Below the pieces are notes generated by a model, which was not told the DNA's origin, ran no database searches, and worked only from the letters and a program-made list of their open reading frames with translations. Both the position numbers and the translations under genes were made by a program. 64,000 nucleotides of DNA from an uncultured cyanobacterium (GTDB lineage: Bacteria; Cyanobacteriota; Cyanobacteriia; Cyanobacteriales; Nostocaceae): NCBI GenBank assembly GCA_963740315.1, contig CAVUDP010000002.1, positions 2,976,001-3,040,000 on the forward strand, in the 5' to 3' direction. Shown one piece after another: positions 9,765-21,690 of the stretch. Numbering within the stretch: position 1 is the first letter of the stretch; every line of letters begins with the position of its first letter.

Positions 9765-10823
9765 TCAGCGAATTCTTACAAAACCAGCTTTTGTAATTAA
9801 TTCCTGTCCCTGCTGAGTGCGTAAAAAGTTGGCATAAGCAACACCTGCTTGTTGTTCGGTTTGCCCATTTTGTTTGACCACCACAAACAGATTGCGCGTA
9901 ATCGGGTAATTGCCAGATTGGAAAGCCTCAATGTTCAATTTGTTCCGTAACTGAGGACATTCAGAAGGGAGGACGAATGGTTCTTGGTAAGGAGCGACAT
10001 ATTTCCCTTGCGTTCGCCCCAACGGCAAAGGTTTGATTGAACATTGAGGAACGACTTCCGGGGCAGAAGCATAGTAAATGCCGCCAGGACTTGATTGTAC
10101 TTTTCGTAGCGCTTGGGTGGTGGTGGAAACAAATTCCACCGTTGATGCCATAGGTTGACCACCCAAGACATCTTGAACGAATAGTTCTGCCGTACCGCCA
10201 TCACTTATGCGGCGAGAATAAGCGAGGATTGGTATGTTGGCACCGCCCAACTGATTCCAATTAGTTATCTTGCCAGTATAAATTGACCGTAACTGGTCGA
10301 TGGTTAGTCCTGGAACATTTATATTAGGGTTGACAGCTATTGCTAGCCCATCGATCGCTACGGGAATTTGTTCGAGAGTAAACCCGCGTTGCTTCGCACG
10401 GGTTAATTCTGCGTCTTTTATTGGTCTGGAAGATTGAGCAAACGCTAACTGACCATCAATTAGCATTTGAATACCAGGACTCGAACCAACGGTATCGCTG
10501 AATGGCTGTACGTAACGCAGGCGAAAATCTTTTCGTACTGCTTGAATTTCTTTGTCAATTGATTTTCTTATGGGTGCCCAAGAGGTGCTTCCTCCATAGT
10601 TGAATAATCCTGCGGGCACGTTTTCTACAGAAGAAAAATTTGTACCGCTTTCTAGTGAGGAATTCGGAGGTGTTGCAGGTGGATTTGATGTACTTGAACT
10701 GGAGTTGCTCAGTTGAGTTTTGAAAAAATTGTTTTTATTAAATAACCACCATCCACCGGCTATAAGTCCGATAGTGATTAATAAAGATAAAACCAGAATT
10801 GGTGTTTCGTTTTTGTGTGACAT
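9765..10823 (-). CDS. PstS-like substrate-binding protein, membrane anchored
   Basis: YGGSTSW, QSSRP, VAIDGLAIAV, YPITRNLF; N-terminal TM segment. Confidence 0.88.
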   Translation of the reverse strand: MSHKNETPILVLSLLITIGLIAGGWWLFNKNNFFKTQLSNSSSSTSNPPATPPNSSLESGTNFSSVENVPAGLFNYGGSTSWAPIRKSIDKEIQAVRKDFRLRYVQPFSDTVGSSPGIQMLIDGQLAFAQSSRPIKDAELTRAKQRGFTLEQIPVAIDGLAIAVNPNINVPGLTIDQLRSIYTGKITNWNQLGGANIPILAYSRRISDGGTAELFVQDVLGGQPMASTVEFVSTTTQALRKVQSSPGGIYYASAPEVVPQCSIKPLPLGRTQGKYVAPYQEPFVLPSECPQLRNKLNIEAFQSGNYPITRNLFVVVKQNGQTEQQAGVAYANFLRTQQGQELITKAGFVRIR

Positions 10824-10935
10824 AAGAAATAATTGCTTTTAAATATTATTTTTTTACTTTTTTATTCTTTTAATAATGAATAGCTAATAGCCAATTTTGA
10901 GCAGCTTTCGACTATTAGCTCTTATATATTAGATA

Positions 10936-11967
10936 TTAATTAATTCTGACAAATCCTGCCTGAGAAATTAGATTTTGACCTTCGTCTGTAAGTAGCAACT
11001 TAGCATAAGCAACACCTGCTAGTTCGTCAATTTGACCGTTTTTCTTGACAACCACAAACAAGCGTCTGGTCATAGGATATTTATCGCTTTTAAAAGCATC
11101 TATATTTAGTTGATTACGCTTTTGCGGACAATCAGTTGGTTGAACGTAAGGCTGTTTATAAGGCGTAACTAATTGCGAAGGTGTTCGCCCTATTGGTAAA
11201 GGTTTAATAACACATTGTCCAACCACTTCAGGTGCAGAAGCATAATAAATACCACCGGGATTTTGAGCTACTTTTCTCAAACCCTCAGTTGTAGTATCAA
11301 TTGTTTGAACATTTTTACCGAAATCTTCTTTTTCTAAAACATTATCAACAAAAAATTCAACAGTACCTCCTTCACTAATTTTGGAATAAGGTACGATCGC
11401 CAGATTTTCTCCGCCAACTTGTTGCCAATTCGTTATTTTGCCAGTGTAAATATCTTTGATTTGAGCTAAGGTAAGCCCTGGAATATTTAAGTTATTGTTA
11501 ACAGCGATCGCAATACCATCGATCGCAACTGGAATTTCTTCAAGTTTAAAACCTCGCTGTTGTGCCTGTTGATATTCTTTATCTTTCACGGGTCTTGAAG
11601 ATTGTGAAAAAGCTAGCTGATTGTTCAACAGCATCTCGATGCCAGTACCAGAACCTGGGGCACCTGTAATTGGATTGGTATAGCGGAGTTTAAATTTAGG
11701 TAAAGCAGTTTCGATCGCAGAATCAGCTTCTTTGCGAATAGGTGCCCATGTACTACTACCCCCATAGCTAAACAATCCAGAAGGAATTTTTTGTACGGAG
11801 GTAAAAGTTTCATTGGCAGATTGCAGATTTTGTTGAGATTGATTACTGCTGATAGAACCTAATTTAATATCGTAGCTTCTAGCCAACCACCAATAAACTG
11901 CGCCCACTAAACCGAGTGTAATTAGTAAAGCTAGAACTAAAACCGCCGTCTCGTTTTTTTGTGACAT
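10936..11967 (-). CDS. PstS-like substrate-binding protein (paralog)
   Basis: Same motifs as the neighbour (YGGSSTW, SQSSRP, VAIDGIA, YPMTRRLF). Confidence 0.88.
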   Translation of the reverse strand: MSQKNETAVLVLALLITLGLVGAVYWWLARSYDIKLGSISSNQSQQNLQSANETFTSVQKIPSGLFSYGGSSTWAPIRKEADSAIETALPKFKLRYTNPITGAPGSGTGIEMLLNNQLAFSQSSRPVKDKEYQQAQQRGFKLEEIPVAIDGIAIAVNNNLNIPGLTLAQIKDIYTGKITNWQQVGGENLAIVPYSKISEGGTVEFFVDNVLEKEDFGKNVQTIDTTTEGLRKVAQNPGGIYYASAPEVVGQCVIKPLPIGRTPSQLVTPYKQPYVQPTDCPQKRNQLNIDAFKSDKYPMTRRLFVVVKKNGQIDELAGVAYAKLLLTDEGQNLISQAGFVRIN

Positions 11968-12366
11968 AAATGTAGCGATCGACTTTCAATTGAGGAATTT
12001 TAACTCCAGATGATTTTTATGGAGCTAAATATTAGAATGCGTCTTTTTATAAATGCCCCTGAGAATCAACTACGATGAATAATTAGCAGAAGTTACAATT
12101 ATCGCCTTCTGTATCAAAACCTCAAAAACTACAGAATTATTCAGCTTTTTTTTACTTTAAGAAAGTTTCTTTTTAAGCAATTGTACTATATGGTAACAAA
12201 TACTCTTGTTACAATTACAATGTCTTAATTAACAGCAATATATCGCGATCGTTTATCGCCATTCAAGTGCATATGCAACTAATTATTATATCTATCAATT
12301 ATTTGTTAACCATTTATTAATCAAAACTTAATACTAAATTGAAACTTAATTACTCTTGAAATTTAT

Positions 12367-13779
12367 TTAAAGAAGCAAAGATAATATTTTATAGATCAGA
12401 CGAAATAGTGATGTGAAAGCAACAGTAATTAAACCTGCGGCTATTGATAAAATAATGATTTGTTGAATCCCAAGTCCACCTTGTAACAACGGAATAAAAA
12501 AGATAATTGATAATGCGATCGCGGGAATAATTACTAAATCCCACTTTTCAATCCATCGCTTGGTTTGAGCAAAAATTAATATTCCTATAATTACAGCACA
12601 AGCAATAAAAGTAAGAGGAGGTGATTTAAGTAGACTCAACAATGCTATGGAAATTAAAGCCCCTACAAATCCACTAAAAGCAGAGCCAGCTAATAATTCC
12701 AGTGGAGAAAAACTGGGTACTTGCGTACTAAGAGATGTTGATGGTGAAGGAAGCGGTGAAGGTGGTGGTTGTGATATTATTTGTGGCTGATTGTAATTGA
12801 GTGAAGTATCGGGTATCGGTTGCGCGGATGAATCAAGAGCTTCTAAAACTTCTTCCGCCGACCCAAAACGCTGATTTGGCGCACTGCGGAGCATTCTATC
12901 TAAAATTTCAGCAAGGTGAGAACTAACACTTACTTTGTCTCGCCATTGCAACTGATTAGTGTAGGCATCAAATAGTTGAGTTACGACATGCTGTCCTGTT
13001 AACAATAAAATAACAGTTACAGCTAAAGCGTATAAGTCCGTAGAAGCAAATACCTTACCTCCAGACATTTGTTCTGGTGGTGCAAATCCTAAAGAATATA
13101 TTCCGGTAGAAGAATTAAGTGCCCCAGTCGGGCTGTTTGTTACTTGTTTGACAGCGCCAAAATCTAGTAAGAAAAGTCTACCGTTACGATGGCGCATTAT
13201 ATTAGAAGGTTTGATATCTCGGTGGATAATGCCTTTATCGTGAACGAATTGCAGTACCGGGAGAATTGAACGCAGCAGGAACAACACTTCTGCTTCAGAG
13301 AATTCGCCTTTACGAACTAATTCCTCTTCTAAGTTTTCTCCATCAATATATTCCTGTACCAGATAAAAAAATTGGTTTTCTGCCTTTGATTGCAAGCGTG
13401 GAACTATAACCGGGAAAAAAGCAAATAAGTCCGGAATTTGGTCGTGTTGCGAGCCAATCTCTTCTAAAACTACTGCTTCCCTTTCAAATAAATCTTGCGC
13501 TAGCTGTAGTTGAGTGGGACTCAAATCTCCTGCTGGCAGAAACTGCTTTACCACGCATTGACGCATTCCTGGGGTATAGCGATCGCGCGATAAAAATGCT
13601 GCTCCGAAACCTCCTCTTCCAAGCAGCTTTATTGGTAAATAACGTCCGGCTAAAATTAAAGGCATCCCACAAGCGGTACAGTACTTTTGCTGTGCGGTTC
13701 TCAGGGTTGCGTTATTATCTAAATCTACGAAATTATTCTGGGGACGGGGACATTGAGGACGAGTACAGTAAATTTCCAT
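12367..13779 (-). CDS. Ser/Thr protein kinase with 4-Cys prefix and C-terminal TM helices
   Basis: CTRPQC...CTAC prefix, GRGGFG, HRDIKPSN, DFG, PPE. Confidence 0.95.
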   Translation of the reverse strand: MEIYCTRPQCPRPQNNFVDLDNNATLRTAQQKYCTACGMPLILAGRYLPIKLLGRGGFGAAFLSRDRYTPGMRQCVVKQFLPAGDLSPTQLQLAQDLFEREAVVLEEIGSQHDQIPDLFAFFPVIVPRLQSKAENQFFYLVQEYIDGENLEEELVRKGEFSEAEVLFLLRSILPVLQFVHDKGIIHRDIKPSNIMRHRNGRLFLLDFGAVKQVTNSPTGALNSSTGIYSLGFAPPEQMSGGKVFASTDLYALAVTVILLLTGQHVVTQLFDAYTNQLQWRDKVSVSSHLAEILDRMLRSAPNQRFGSAEEVLEALDSSAQPIPDTSLNYNQPQIISQPPPSPLPSPSTSLSTQVPSFSPLELLAGSAFSGFVGALISIALLSLLKSPPLTFIACAVIIGILIFAQTKRWIEKWDLVIIPAIALSIIFFIPLLQGGLGIQQIIILSIAAGLITVAFTSLFRLIYKILSLLL

Positions 13780-13979
13780 TGTTTGTCATAAGTCAAGAGC
13801 AATTTGTCTACAACGAACGGTGAAGTCCGGCTTTAAGTAATCCCACAGAAATATTTACACATGATTTTCTCGACAAAACAAGGGTTAATAGTCGAGCAGG
13901 CGTGTAATCATTTTTGTCCGACTAATAAAGGCGGAAACTGTTCTCCGTTGTTACATAACAAAAGACTTTTGACGTAACT

Positions 13980-14987
13980 TTAGCTGTCCTTAAAGTTGGA
14001 TGCCTGTACTTCTAAAGCATTTACTGGAATTGCGTGTGATGATTTTAACATATCTATATGCCATCCAGGTGCGGCAAACTGAGGCAGGATTTCTCGACTG
14101 AAGGCTTCTGCGGCTTTGGACTTGTACCGATTGGGATTAAAAATCAACCACAGCGTCCGCTTAACGACTACGCTATCAATCGGAGTAAAGTGAAGCATTC
14201 CCATTTGTAACTCTTTGGCGATCGCGCTAGTTGAAACAAAAGCAGCACCCAAAGAAGACTGTACGGCATTTTTAATTGCTTCGATGGAATTAAGTTCCAT
14301 TTCAATTCTTAAACGGCGCGTGTCGATGTCATGGCGTGATAGCACTTGATCTATGACTTTACGGATAGTCGATTGCGAATCCAAAGCAATAAATTGCAGT
14401 TTGTATAGGTCTTCTTTTTGGATGGTTTCCAGTTTGGCAAATGGATGAGATGCGGGTAAGATTAATGCCAACTCATCTTCTGCGTAAGGAATTTTTTCTA
14501 ATGAATCCGTTAATTCTGCGGGAATTTCACCGCCGATAATTGCCAAATCGACTTGTCCGTTGACTACACTCCAGGCGGTGCGGCGAGTGGAATGAACGTG
14601 TAACTGTACCGCCACATCTGGATATTTCTGTCGGAACATCCCAATCATTCGAGGCAAAAGGTAAGTCCCCGTAGTTTGAGAAGCACCGACAATTAAAGTA
14701 CCGCCTTGAAGATTTTGTAAATCCTCAATAGCGCGACAAGTTTCTTGACATAGACTGAGGATTTTTTCCCCATAGCTCAAAAGCAAGTGTCCCGCTTCAG
14801 TCAACTGTGCCCGACGACCTCCACGGTCAAATAAAGGCACATCTAGCTGTCTTTCTAAATTTTGCACTTGCAAACTCACCGCAGGTTGAGAGACATAGAG
14901 GCTGTCAGCAGCACGCTTGAAACTCCCTTCTGCGGCAATCGCTTTGAGTATTCGTAACTGATCTAAAGTAAAAGGAAGGTCAGACAT
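13980..14987 (-). CDS. rbcR: LysR regulator RbcR/Ycf30/PacR
   Basis: [14 protein letters not shown]...SQPAVS N-terminus; gene order. Confidence 0.9.
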   Translation of the reverse strand: MSDLPFTLDQLRILKAIAAEGSFKRAADSLYVSQPAVSLQVQNLERQLDVPLFDRGGRRAQLTEAGHLLLSYGEKILSLCQETCRAIEDLQNLQGGTLIVGASQTTGTYLLPRMIGMFRQKYPDVAVQLHVHSTRRTAWSVVNGQVDLAIIGGEIPAELTDSLEKIPYAEDELALILPASHPFAKLETIQKEDLYKLQFIALDSQSTIRKVIDQVLSRHDIDTRRLRIEMELNSIEAIKNAVQSSLGAAFVSTSAIAKELQMGMLHFTPIDSVVVKRTLWLIFNPNRYKSKAAEAFSREILPQFAAPGWHIDMLKSSHAIPVNALEVQASNFKDS

Positions 14988-15200
14988 AAGGTTCAACCCA
15001 CAAAATTGAAAGGAGCAGTTTTGGCAACATTCGGGCTTTCATCGTTTTTTTTACTAGGCATAGAATAGAACACAATGCGTATTAAACTTGGAGGCATTAC
15101 CCGAAAAGACAGTAGCACAACATATTGACCAAAATCCTCCTATTGTAACTTTGTGGTATTGGTTGTACTGAATTTAATTTTCTGTATTCTGACTTTATCT

Positions 15201-15929
15201 ATGTATACTATTGTGCCTATGCCAAGTTGGTTTACCTCCACTCATTTTGTCATGCTGGGGCTATTGTTGGCTTTTGCGATCGTTCATAGTGGAGGAGCAG
15301 CCCTGCGGGAAAAAGCAGAAAAACTCATCGGAGCAAGGCTTTACCGAATTTTATTTGCACTTAATAGCTTGATCTTAGCTGTAATATTAATTATTTACTT
15401 TTTTAACCATCGCTATGATGGCTTGCAGCTTTGGCAGGTACAAAATGTGCCCGGAATACAGACACTGGTCTGGGTATTATCGGCAATTTCTTTTATATTT
15501 TTATATCCTTCTACATTTAATCTACTGGAAGTTGCTGCTATCTCCAAGCCAGAACTTCATATGCACGAAACTGGAATTATTCGCATCACCCGTCATCCCC
15601 AAATGGTAGGACAAATAATTTGGTGCGTCGCTCATACTTTATGGATAGGCACTACTTTTACATTATTAACCTCTGTAGGTTTAGTAATCCACCATTTATT
15701 TGCTGTATGGCATGGCGATCGCCGTTTGCATTCGCGTTATGGCGAAGCTTTTGAAAAAATGAAGCAACGTACCAGCGTTATTCCTTTTGCCGCAATTTTC
15801 GACGGTCGTCAATCTATCAAAGGTAAGGAATTTTTACGTCCTGCTTATCTTGGAGTGGCGATATTTGTGCTTCTAATTTGGTGGTCGCACCCCGTTTTAA
15901 TGAGTTTAACTAGTAAGGTTCATTGGTAG
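15201..15929 (+). CDS. NnrU-family protein, probable 15-cis-zeta-carotene isomerase (Z-ISO); start uncertain
   Basis: HSGGA, ETGIIRITRHPQMVG, WHGDRRL motifs. Confidence 0.85.
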   Translation: MYTIVPMPSWFTSTHFVMLGLLLAFAIVHSGGAALREKAEKLIGARLYRILFALNSLILAVILIIYFFNHRYDGLQLWQVQNVPGIQTLVWVLSAISFIFLYPSTFNLLEVAAISKPELHMHETGIIRITRHPQMVGQIIWCVAHTLWIGTTFTLLTSVGLVIHHLFAVWHGDRRLHSRYGEAFEKMKQRTSVIPFAAIFDGRQSIKGKEFLRPAYLGVAIFVLLIWWSHPVLMSLTSKVHW

Positions 15930-16436
15930 ACCTCATTGCTCAAATGCTTACACGGCTGAGCATTGAGGTACAATGCAGGATTGTTTTTTTAAGACTTATT
16001 AGTTGCGACCAATTCAATGTAGGATAAATTGAAACAACTAGGGAATGCGGGGTGTTTTTTCGGCAAAGTGGAGATTAAATAGTAATAGTTGCCCTATGCT
16101 CGATGGGCTAGGGGGTCGAATTCACCCTTTCTGATGGCCGCAGGTTATATTGAATGACCGCAGCTTTCATCAAAAGTCGAAAATTAAAGTTTAAGCCAAG
16201 TTTTTGTCATAATTACATAACAAAAATGCTATGTAAGCAAATTATTAAGCCAAGGGAGTCTCCAAATACATCAAGTGGCGCACCTGGAGGTTAAAAAAAA
16301 GTAGACGTTGCGTAAAGATAGATGATATTCATGAAGGGTACATCTTTGAAAAGAGCCTAGAAATATCTACTGGTAGGAAACGGCTTCTGGGTAAGTATAG
16401 CGAATGATATGAAAACCTTTAATTTCGAGAGGCATC

Positions 16437-16835
16437 ATGGTGTTGTCGGTTAGTGAACGGACATTTACAAAAGAAGTTTTAGAATCTCAAGTTCCGGTTT
16501 TGGTCAATTTTGAAGCACCTTGGTGTGGCTTGTGCCGCATCATAAAACCTTTATTATTGCAATTTAAATCTCAATGTGGCGAAGAAATTAAGTTAGTTGG
16601 TGTGAATGCCGATGATAATTTTAAACTGTCTACCACCTATCGGTTAAAGACACTTCCAACTTTGCTGTTAATTGAAAATGGGATTGTTCTTGTTCGTTTA
16701 GAAGGTTTTCGTGGCAGAGAAGATTTATTTGCGGCTTTGTCCCAGATGAAAGAAAACTACACGAATTTACCCCAAACTTACGGTAGTAGAGAAACAGCAG
16801 ATTTAGGTTGCCGCCCTATTAGGCTTGGTGCATAA
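16437..16835 (+). CDS. trxC: Thioredoxin C
   Basis: Atypical WCGLC active site; located upstream of ndhF1. Confidence 0.88.
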   Translation: MVLSVSERTFTKEVLESQVPVLVNFEAPWCGLCRIIKPLLLQFKSQCGEEIKLVGVNADDNFKLSTTYRLKTLPTLLLIENGIVLVRLEGFRGREDLFAALSQMKENYTNLPQTYGSRETADLGCRPIRLGA

Positions 16836-17554
16836 ATCTGAAAACTGACAAATTCTGGTTCTTCCGTACAAGCTCATGCGTCATTAGCAAAAAGGATCGT
16901 ATAAGAGGGGGGAATCTTAGTTGTAGAGCCAAATAATCCGCGATATGTAAGGATGGAAAAGCTTTTGCCCGATCTGTTGCGTATCTTGATGTTGAAGAAC
17001 CGAAATTTTTCTTTTCCGCAAGTAAATTAAACGGGCGATCGCCCATTTTGTTTTTTGGGACAAAACTATTTTTGTCTGCCTTGCGGGCAAACTAAGCCGC
17101 ACCTGACGGTGAACGGTAACAGAAGTCAAAACGGATTCCTATAGTTACCATAAAATAATTGTAATAATGGCTTTAGAAAAGGCAAAAATCTTCTAAAGTA
17201 TTGCGGCATTAATCGCGATATTCTTGTAGGTTATGGTGCTATTAAAGAAAATTTTAAGTTTTGTTTTGTACTTTTTATACAAGTACATTGCAACACCTTG
17301 CTTCGGGGGAAATTATTGGCGAAAATTAGCAATAAAAATCAAACTATTTTTAATTACCTCACCCAAATACTATCGGGTGGGGTATTTTATCTTAAATTCT
17401 GTGTGTCACAATTATTAACAGTTCCGACCAGGACAATTGCGGCGCGGATGGATAATTGACTTGGACGGAGGCTTTCCTCTGTCGCAAGAAACATTTTGTA
17501 GTTCGTAGCAATGTTCTAATAAAAGTGAAAAATTCTAAAAGTAGGCATGACTAG

Positions 17555-19645
17555 ATGGAAGTAATCTATCAATATGCTTGGCTGATTCCAGTTTTACCGC
17601 TTTTAGGAGCGATGCTGGTCGGCTTAGGCTTAATTTCGTTTAATCAGGTGACTAATCGCCTACGACAGCTAAACGCCGTATTAATTATCTCTTTAATGGC
17701 AGCAGCAATGGGGCTGTCGTTTAGTTTGTTGTGGAGTCAAATTCAAGGACACCCAACCTATACGCGCACCTTAGAATGGGCGGCAGCAGGTAGCTTTCAT
17801 TTGAATATGGGCTATACAGTAGACCATCTGACAGCGGTAATGCTGGCGATCGTCACCAGTGTAGCTGTGTTGGTGATGGTGTACACCGATGGCTACATGG
17901 CTCATGACCCAGGCTACGTCAGGTTTTACGCCTATTTGAGTTTATTTGGCTCTTCAATGCTAGGTTTGGTAGTTAGTCCAAACCTGGTACAAATTTATAT
18001 ATTTTGGGAATTAGTGGGAATGTGTTCCTACTTGCTGGTTGGCTTCTGGTACGATCGCAAGTCAGCAGCAGATGCAGCCCAAAAAGCGTTTGTGACCAAC
18101 CGCGTTGGTGACTTTGGTTTGTTGTTGGGCATCTTAGGACTCTTTTGGGCAACGGGAAGCTTTGAGTTCGAGATTATGGGCGATCGCTTAGCGGAATTGG
18201 TGCAAACTGGTTCTCTTAGCAACGTCTTAGCAATTCTGTTCGCGATTCTAGTTTTCTTAGGTCCGGTAGCGAAGTCAGCCCAGTTTCCGCTGCACGTTTG
18301 GTTGCCGGATGCAATGGAAGGTCCTACTCCCATTTCCGCCTTGATTCACGCGGCAACAATGGTAGCAGCGGGCGTTTTCTTAATTGCCCGGATGTACCCG
18401 GTATTTGAACACGTTCCAGTGGCATTGAACGTAATTGCTTATGTTGGAGCATTTACGGCGTTTATGGGGGCAACAATTGCTTTAACCCAAAACGACATTA
18501 AGAAAGGTTTGGCTTACTCGACCATTTCCCAACTTGGTTATATGGTGATGGCGATGGGAGTAGGCGCTTATACTGCCGGTTTCTTCCATTTAATGACCCA
18601 CGCTTACTTTAAAGCGATGCTGTTCCTTGGTTCCGGTTCGGTAATTCACGGAATGGAAGGAGTTGTCGGTCACGATCCAGTTGTGGCGCAGGATATGCGA
18701 GCAATGGGCGGATTGCGGAAGTATATGCCATTCACGGCAACTACCTTTTTTATTGGTTGTTTGGCAATTTCGGGTATTCCACCCTTCGCCGGTTTTTGGT
18801 CAAAAGATGAAATTCTTGGTTCTGCCTTTGCCGTTAACCCATTTTTATGGTTTGTCGGTTGGCTAACTGCCGGAATTACCGCTTTCTATATGTTTAGAAT
18901 GTATTTCATGACATTTGAAGGCAAATTCAAGGGCAAAGATGAGAATATTTTGCAGCAGTTGAAAAAATCGGCTGCGACAATTTTCATGGAGTCAGAAGCT
19001 ACTCCTAATTTTGGTCCTGGGGCAATGAAGCAGGGAGAATTGGAATCTACTACCCACGACGACCATTCCCACGATAGTCACGGACACAGCGATACACCCC
19101 ATGAATCTCCGTGGACGATGACCTTACCGTTGGTGGTTTTGGCAATTCCTTCGATGCTGATTGGTTTGGTAGGAACTCCTTATGCAAACTATTTTGAGGA
19201 GTTTATCTATCCACCCAGCGAAACATTGGCTGAAGTGATGGAAAAAACAGCGGAATTTGACCCCACAGAGTTTTATACAATGGCGGGGCTATCGGTAGCG
19301 ATCGCGGTTGTGGGAATTATCTTGGCTGTGTTGATGTATCGATTGCATAAAATCGATCCAGCAGCGATCGCAGCTAAATACCCAGCACTTTACAAGTTAT
19401 CTCTCAACAAGTGGTACTTTGACGATATTTACCATCGCGTATTTGTTCTCGGCTTGCGTCGGTTAGCCAGACAAGTATTGGAAGTTGACTTCCGCGTTGT
19501 CGATGGTGCTGTTAACCTTACTGGACTTTTCGCTATTGTCAGCGGTGAAGGTCTAAAGTACCTCGAAAACGGACGCGCACAATTCTATGCCTTGATTATC
19601 TTTGGGGCTGTTTTGGGCTTGGTGATTGTCTTTGGTGTTACCTGA
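17555..19645 (+). CDS. ndhF1: NDH-1 subunit F1 (subunit 5)
   Basis: KSAQFPLHVWLPDAMEGPTP, HAATMV, THAYFKA. Confidence 0.96.
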   Translation: MEVIYQYAWLIPVLPLLGAMLVGLGLISFNQVTNRLRQLNAVLIISLMAAAMGLSFSLLWSQIQGHPTYTRTLEWAAAGSFHLNMGYTVDHLTAVMLAIVTSVAVLVMVYTDGYMAHDPGYVRFYAYLSLFGSSMLGLVVSPNLVQIYIFWELVGMCSYLLVGFWYDRKSAADAAQKAFVTNRVGDFGLLLGILGLFWATGSFEFEIMGDRLAELVQTGSLSNVLAILFAILVFLGPVAKSAQFPLHVWLPDAMEGPTPISALIHAATMVAAGVFLIARMYPVFEHVPVALNVIAYVGAFTAFMGATIALTQNDIKKGLAYSTISQLGYMVMAMGVGAYTAGFFHLMTHAYFKAMLFLGSGSVIHGMEGVVGHDPVVAQDMRAMGGLRKYMPFTATTFFIGCLAISGIPPFAGFWSKDEILGSAFAVNPFLWFVGWLTAGITAFYMFRMYFMTFEGKFKGKDENILQQLKKSAATIFMESEATPNFGPGAMKQGELESTTHDDHSHDSHGHSDTPHESPWTMTLPLVVLAIPSMLIGLVGTPYANYFEEFIYPPSETLAEVMEKTAEFDPTEFYTMAGLSVAIAVVGIILAVLMYRLHKIDPAAIAAKYPALYKLSLNKWYFDDIYHRVFVLGLRRLARQVLEVDFRVVDGAVNLTGLFAIVSGEGLKYLENGRAQFYALIIFGAVLGLVIVFGVT

Positions 19646-19703
19646 TGTAGAAATGTCATGTGTTACGTTTCTACAGGTCAGGTAAAGAATTAGATTGATG
19701 AAA

Positions 19704-19743
19704 ATGAAGGCAGATTAACTAGTTTACCTGCCTTCATCTTTTT
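19704..19743 (+). terminator. Hairpin with T-tract after ndhF1
   Basis: atgaaggcag...ctgccttcat followed by cttttt. Confidence 0.55.
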
Positions 19744-19754
19744 GACTTTTTGCT

Positions 19755-19900
19755 AACGTAAGTTCGATGGAAATAATCCAATCGTCAGAAGTCGGGTTTT
19801 TAGATGTGAGTATCTGTATCACGCTTACCAATTTTATAAAAACCCGACTTCTAAGTGTATGAGTGGTTGAAAGGTCGTTTTAATCCGTCGAACTCACGTT
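19755..19900. mobile_element. MITE-like nested inverted-repeat element
   Basis: Outer AACGTAAGTTCGA/TCGAACTCACGTT; inner AGAAGTCGGGTTTT...AAAACCCGACTTCT module also seen twice at 32449-32598. Confidence 0.6.
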
Positions 19901-20002
19901 TTGTTAAATCAAGCAAAACATTAACGCCAAATCAGGAAAAACCTGCTACTTAATAGCTAGTAGTTGATAGCCAATATTTATAATTCCTTCCTAACTAATT
20001 CG

Positions 20003-21574
20003 ATGAATACAGCTAATTTTCCGTGGCTAACAACGATTATTTTGTTGCCCATCGCAGCATCGCTGTTAGTTCCTATCATTCCGGATAAAGAAGGTAAAAC
20101 GGTGCGCTGGTTTGCCCTAATAGTAGGGTTGATTGATTTTGCGCTGATTGTTACCGCTTTTTACACTCAGTACGACTTCTCAAATCCCGATTTGCAATTA
20201 GTAGAGAGTTATGCTTGGGTTCCCCAATTGGGTTTGAATTGGTCGGTAGGGGCAGATGGTTTATCAATGCCCTTAATTATTTTGACCGGATTCATTACCA
20301 CACTAGCGGCTTTAGCAGCTTGGCCAGTTACCTTTAAACCCAAGCTATTCTACTTTTTGATACTAGCAATGTACGGTGCACAAATTGCCGTATTTGCAGT
20401 TCAAGATATGCTGTTATTTTTCCTAGTGTGGGAACTCGAATTGATTCCGGTTTACCTCCTATTGTCAATTTGGGGAGGTAAAAAGCGGCATTATGCAGCC
20501 ACTAAGTTTATCTTGTATACCGCTGGTGCTTCGTTATTTATCTTGGTTGCATCCCTAACGATGGCATTTTACGGCGATAACATTACCTTTGATATGGCAA
20601 CCTTAGCCGCCAAAGATTTTCCCTTCAAGATGGAACTTCTGCTGTATGCAGCTTTCTTCATCGCTTACGCCGTCAAATTACCGATTATTCCTTTGCATAC
20701 CTGGCTACCAGATGCCCACGGTGAAGCTACAGCCCCCGTGCATATGTTGCTGGCTGGTATTTTGTTGAAAATGGGCGGTTATGCGTTGATTCGGATGAAT
20801 GCCCAAATGCTTCCCGATGCCCACGCTTATTTTGCGCCAGCGTTAATAATTTTGGGGGTTGTGAATATCATTTACGCCGCCTTAACGTCCTTTGCACAAC
20901 GTAACCTGAAGCGGAAAATTGCTTACTCTTCAATTTCTCACATGGGCTTTGTGCTGATTGGTATTGCTTGCTTCACCGATTTAGGTTTGAGTGGAGCGGT
21001 ACTGCAAATGGTTTCTCACGGGTTAATTGGGGCAAGTTTGTTCTTCTTAGTTGGTGCAACCTACGATAGAACCCACACCTTGATGCTCGATGAAATGGGT
21101 GGTGTTGGTCAAAAAATGAGTAAAATCTTTGCCATGTTTACCACCTGCTCGATGGCTTCTTTGGCATTGCCAGGAATGAGTGGTTTTGTGGCTGAGTTAA
21201 TGATATTCGTTGGTTTTGCCACCAGCGATGCTTATAGCAACACCTTTAAAATTATTGTGGTGTTCTTAATGGCAGTTGGTGTAATATTGACACCGATTTA
21301 TTTACTGTCAATGTTACGGGAGATTTTCTACGGTGAAGAAAACAAAGAGTTGACTTCCCATCAAAATCTTATAGATGCCGAACCCCGCGAAATATTCATT
21401 GTTGCTTGTTTGTTGATTCCAATTATCGGAATTGGTTTGTATCCGAAGATTTTGACTCAAATTTACGATGCGACAACAGTTCAATTAACTGCTAGATTGC
21501 GCGATTCGGTACCGAGTTTGGCTCAGCAGAAAGTGCCTGCGGTGTCGATGAGTGCGCCGGAGATTGGTGATTAG
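20003..21574 (+). CDS. ndhD1: NDH-1 subunit D1 (subunit 4)
   Basis: FPWLT start, [19 protein letters not shown]; follows ndhF1. Confidence 0.93.
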   Translation: MNTANFPWLTTIILLPIAASLLVPIIPDKEGKTVRWFALIVGLIDFALIVTAFYTQYDFSNPDLQLVESYAWVPQLGLNWSVGADGLSMPLIILTGFITTLAALAAWPVTFKPKLFYFLILAMYGAQIAVFAVQDMLLFFLVWELELIPVYLLLSIWGGKKRHYAATKFILYTAGASLFILVASLTMAFYGDNITFDMATLAAKDFPFKMELLLYAAFFIAYAVKLPIIPLHTWLPDAHGEATAPVHMLLAGILLKMGGYALIRMNAQMLPDAHAYFAPALIILGVVNIIYAALTSFAQRNLKRKIAYSSISHMGFVLIGIACFTDLGLSGAVLQMVSHGLIGASLFFLVGATYDRTHTLMLDEMGGVGQKMSKIFAMFTTCSMASLALPGMSGFVAELMIFVGFATSDAYSNTFKIIVVFLMAVGVILTPIYLLSMLREIFYGEENKELTSHQNLIDAEPREIFIVACLLIPIIGIGLYPKILTQIYDATTVQLTARLRDSVPSLAQQKVPAVSMSAPEIGD

Positions 21575-21656
21575 TTTTTAGTTTGAAGTAATTTTTTGAT
21601 GAAAGGGATGGGTTTTGAAACCTGTCCTTTTTTTTGTGGGTTGTGGGGATAATTCG

Positions 21657-21690
21657 GACGGGCAGGGATGCCCATCCCACAAGAATGTAT
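21657..21690 (+). repeat. Dispersed 34-bp repeat, identical copy at 54031-54064
   Basis: gacgggcagggatgcccatcccacaagaatgtat; related inverted copy near 7686. Confidence 0.8.

Noticed and set aside
15930..16436. Riboswitch in the long trxC leader
   Set aside because: No recognisable aptamer motif or convincing extended pairing
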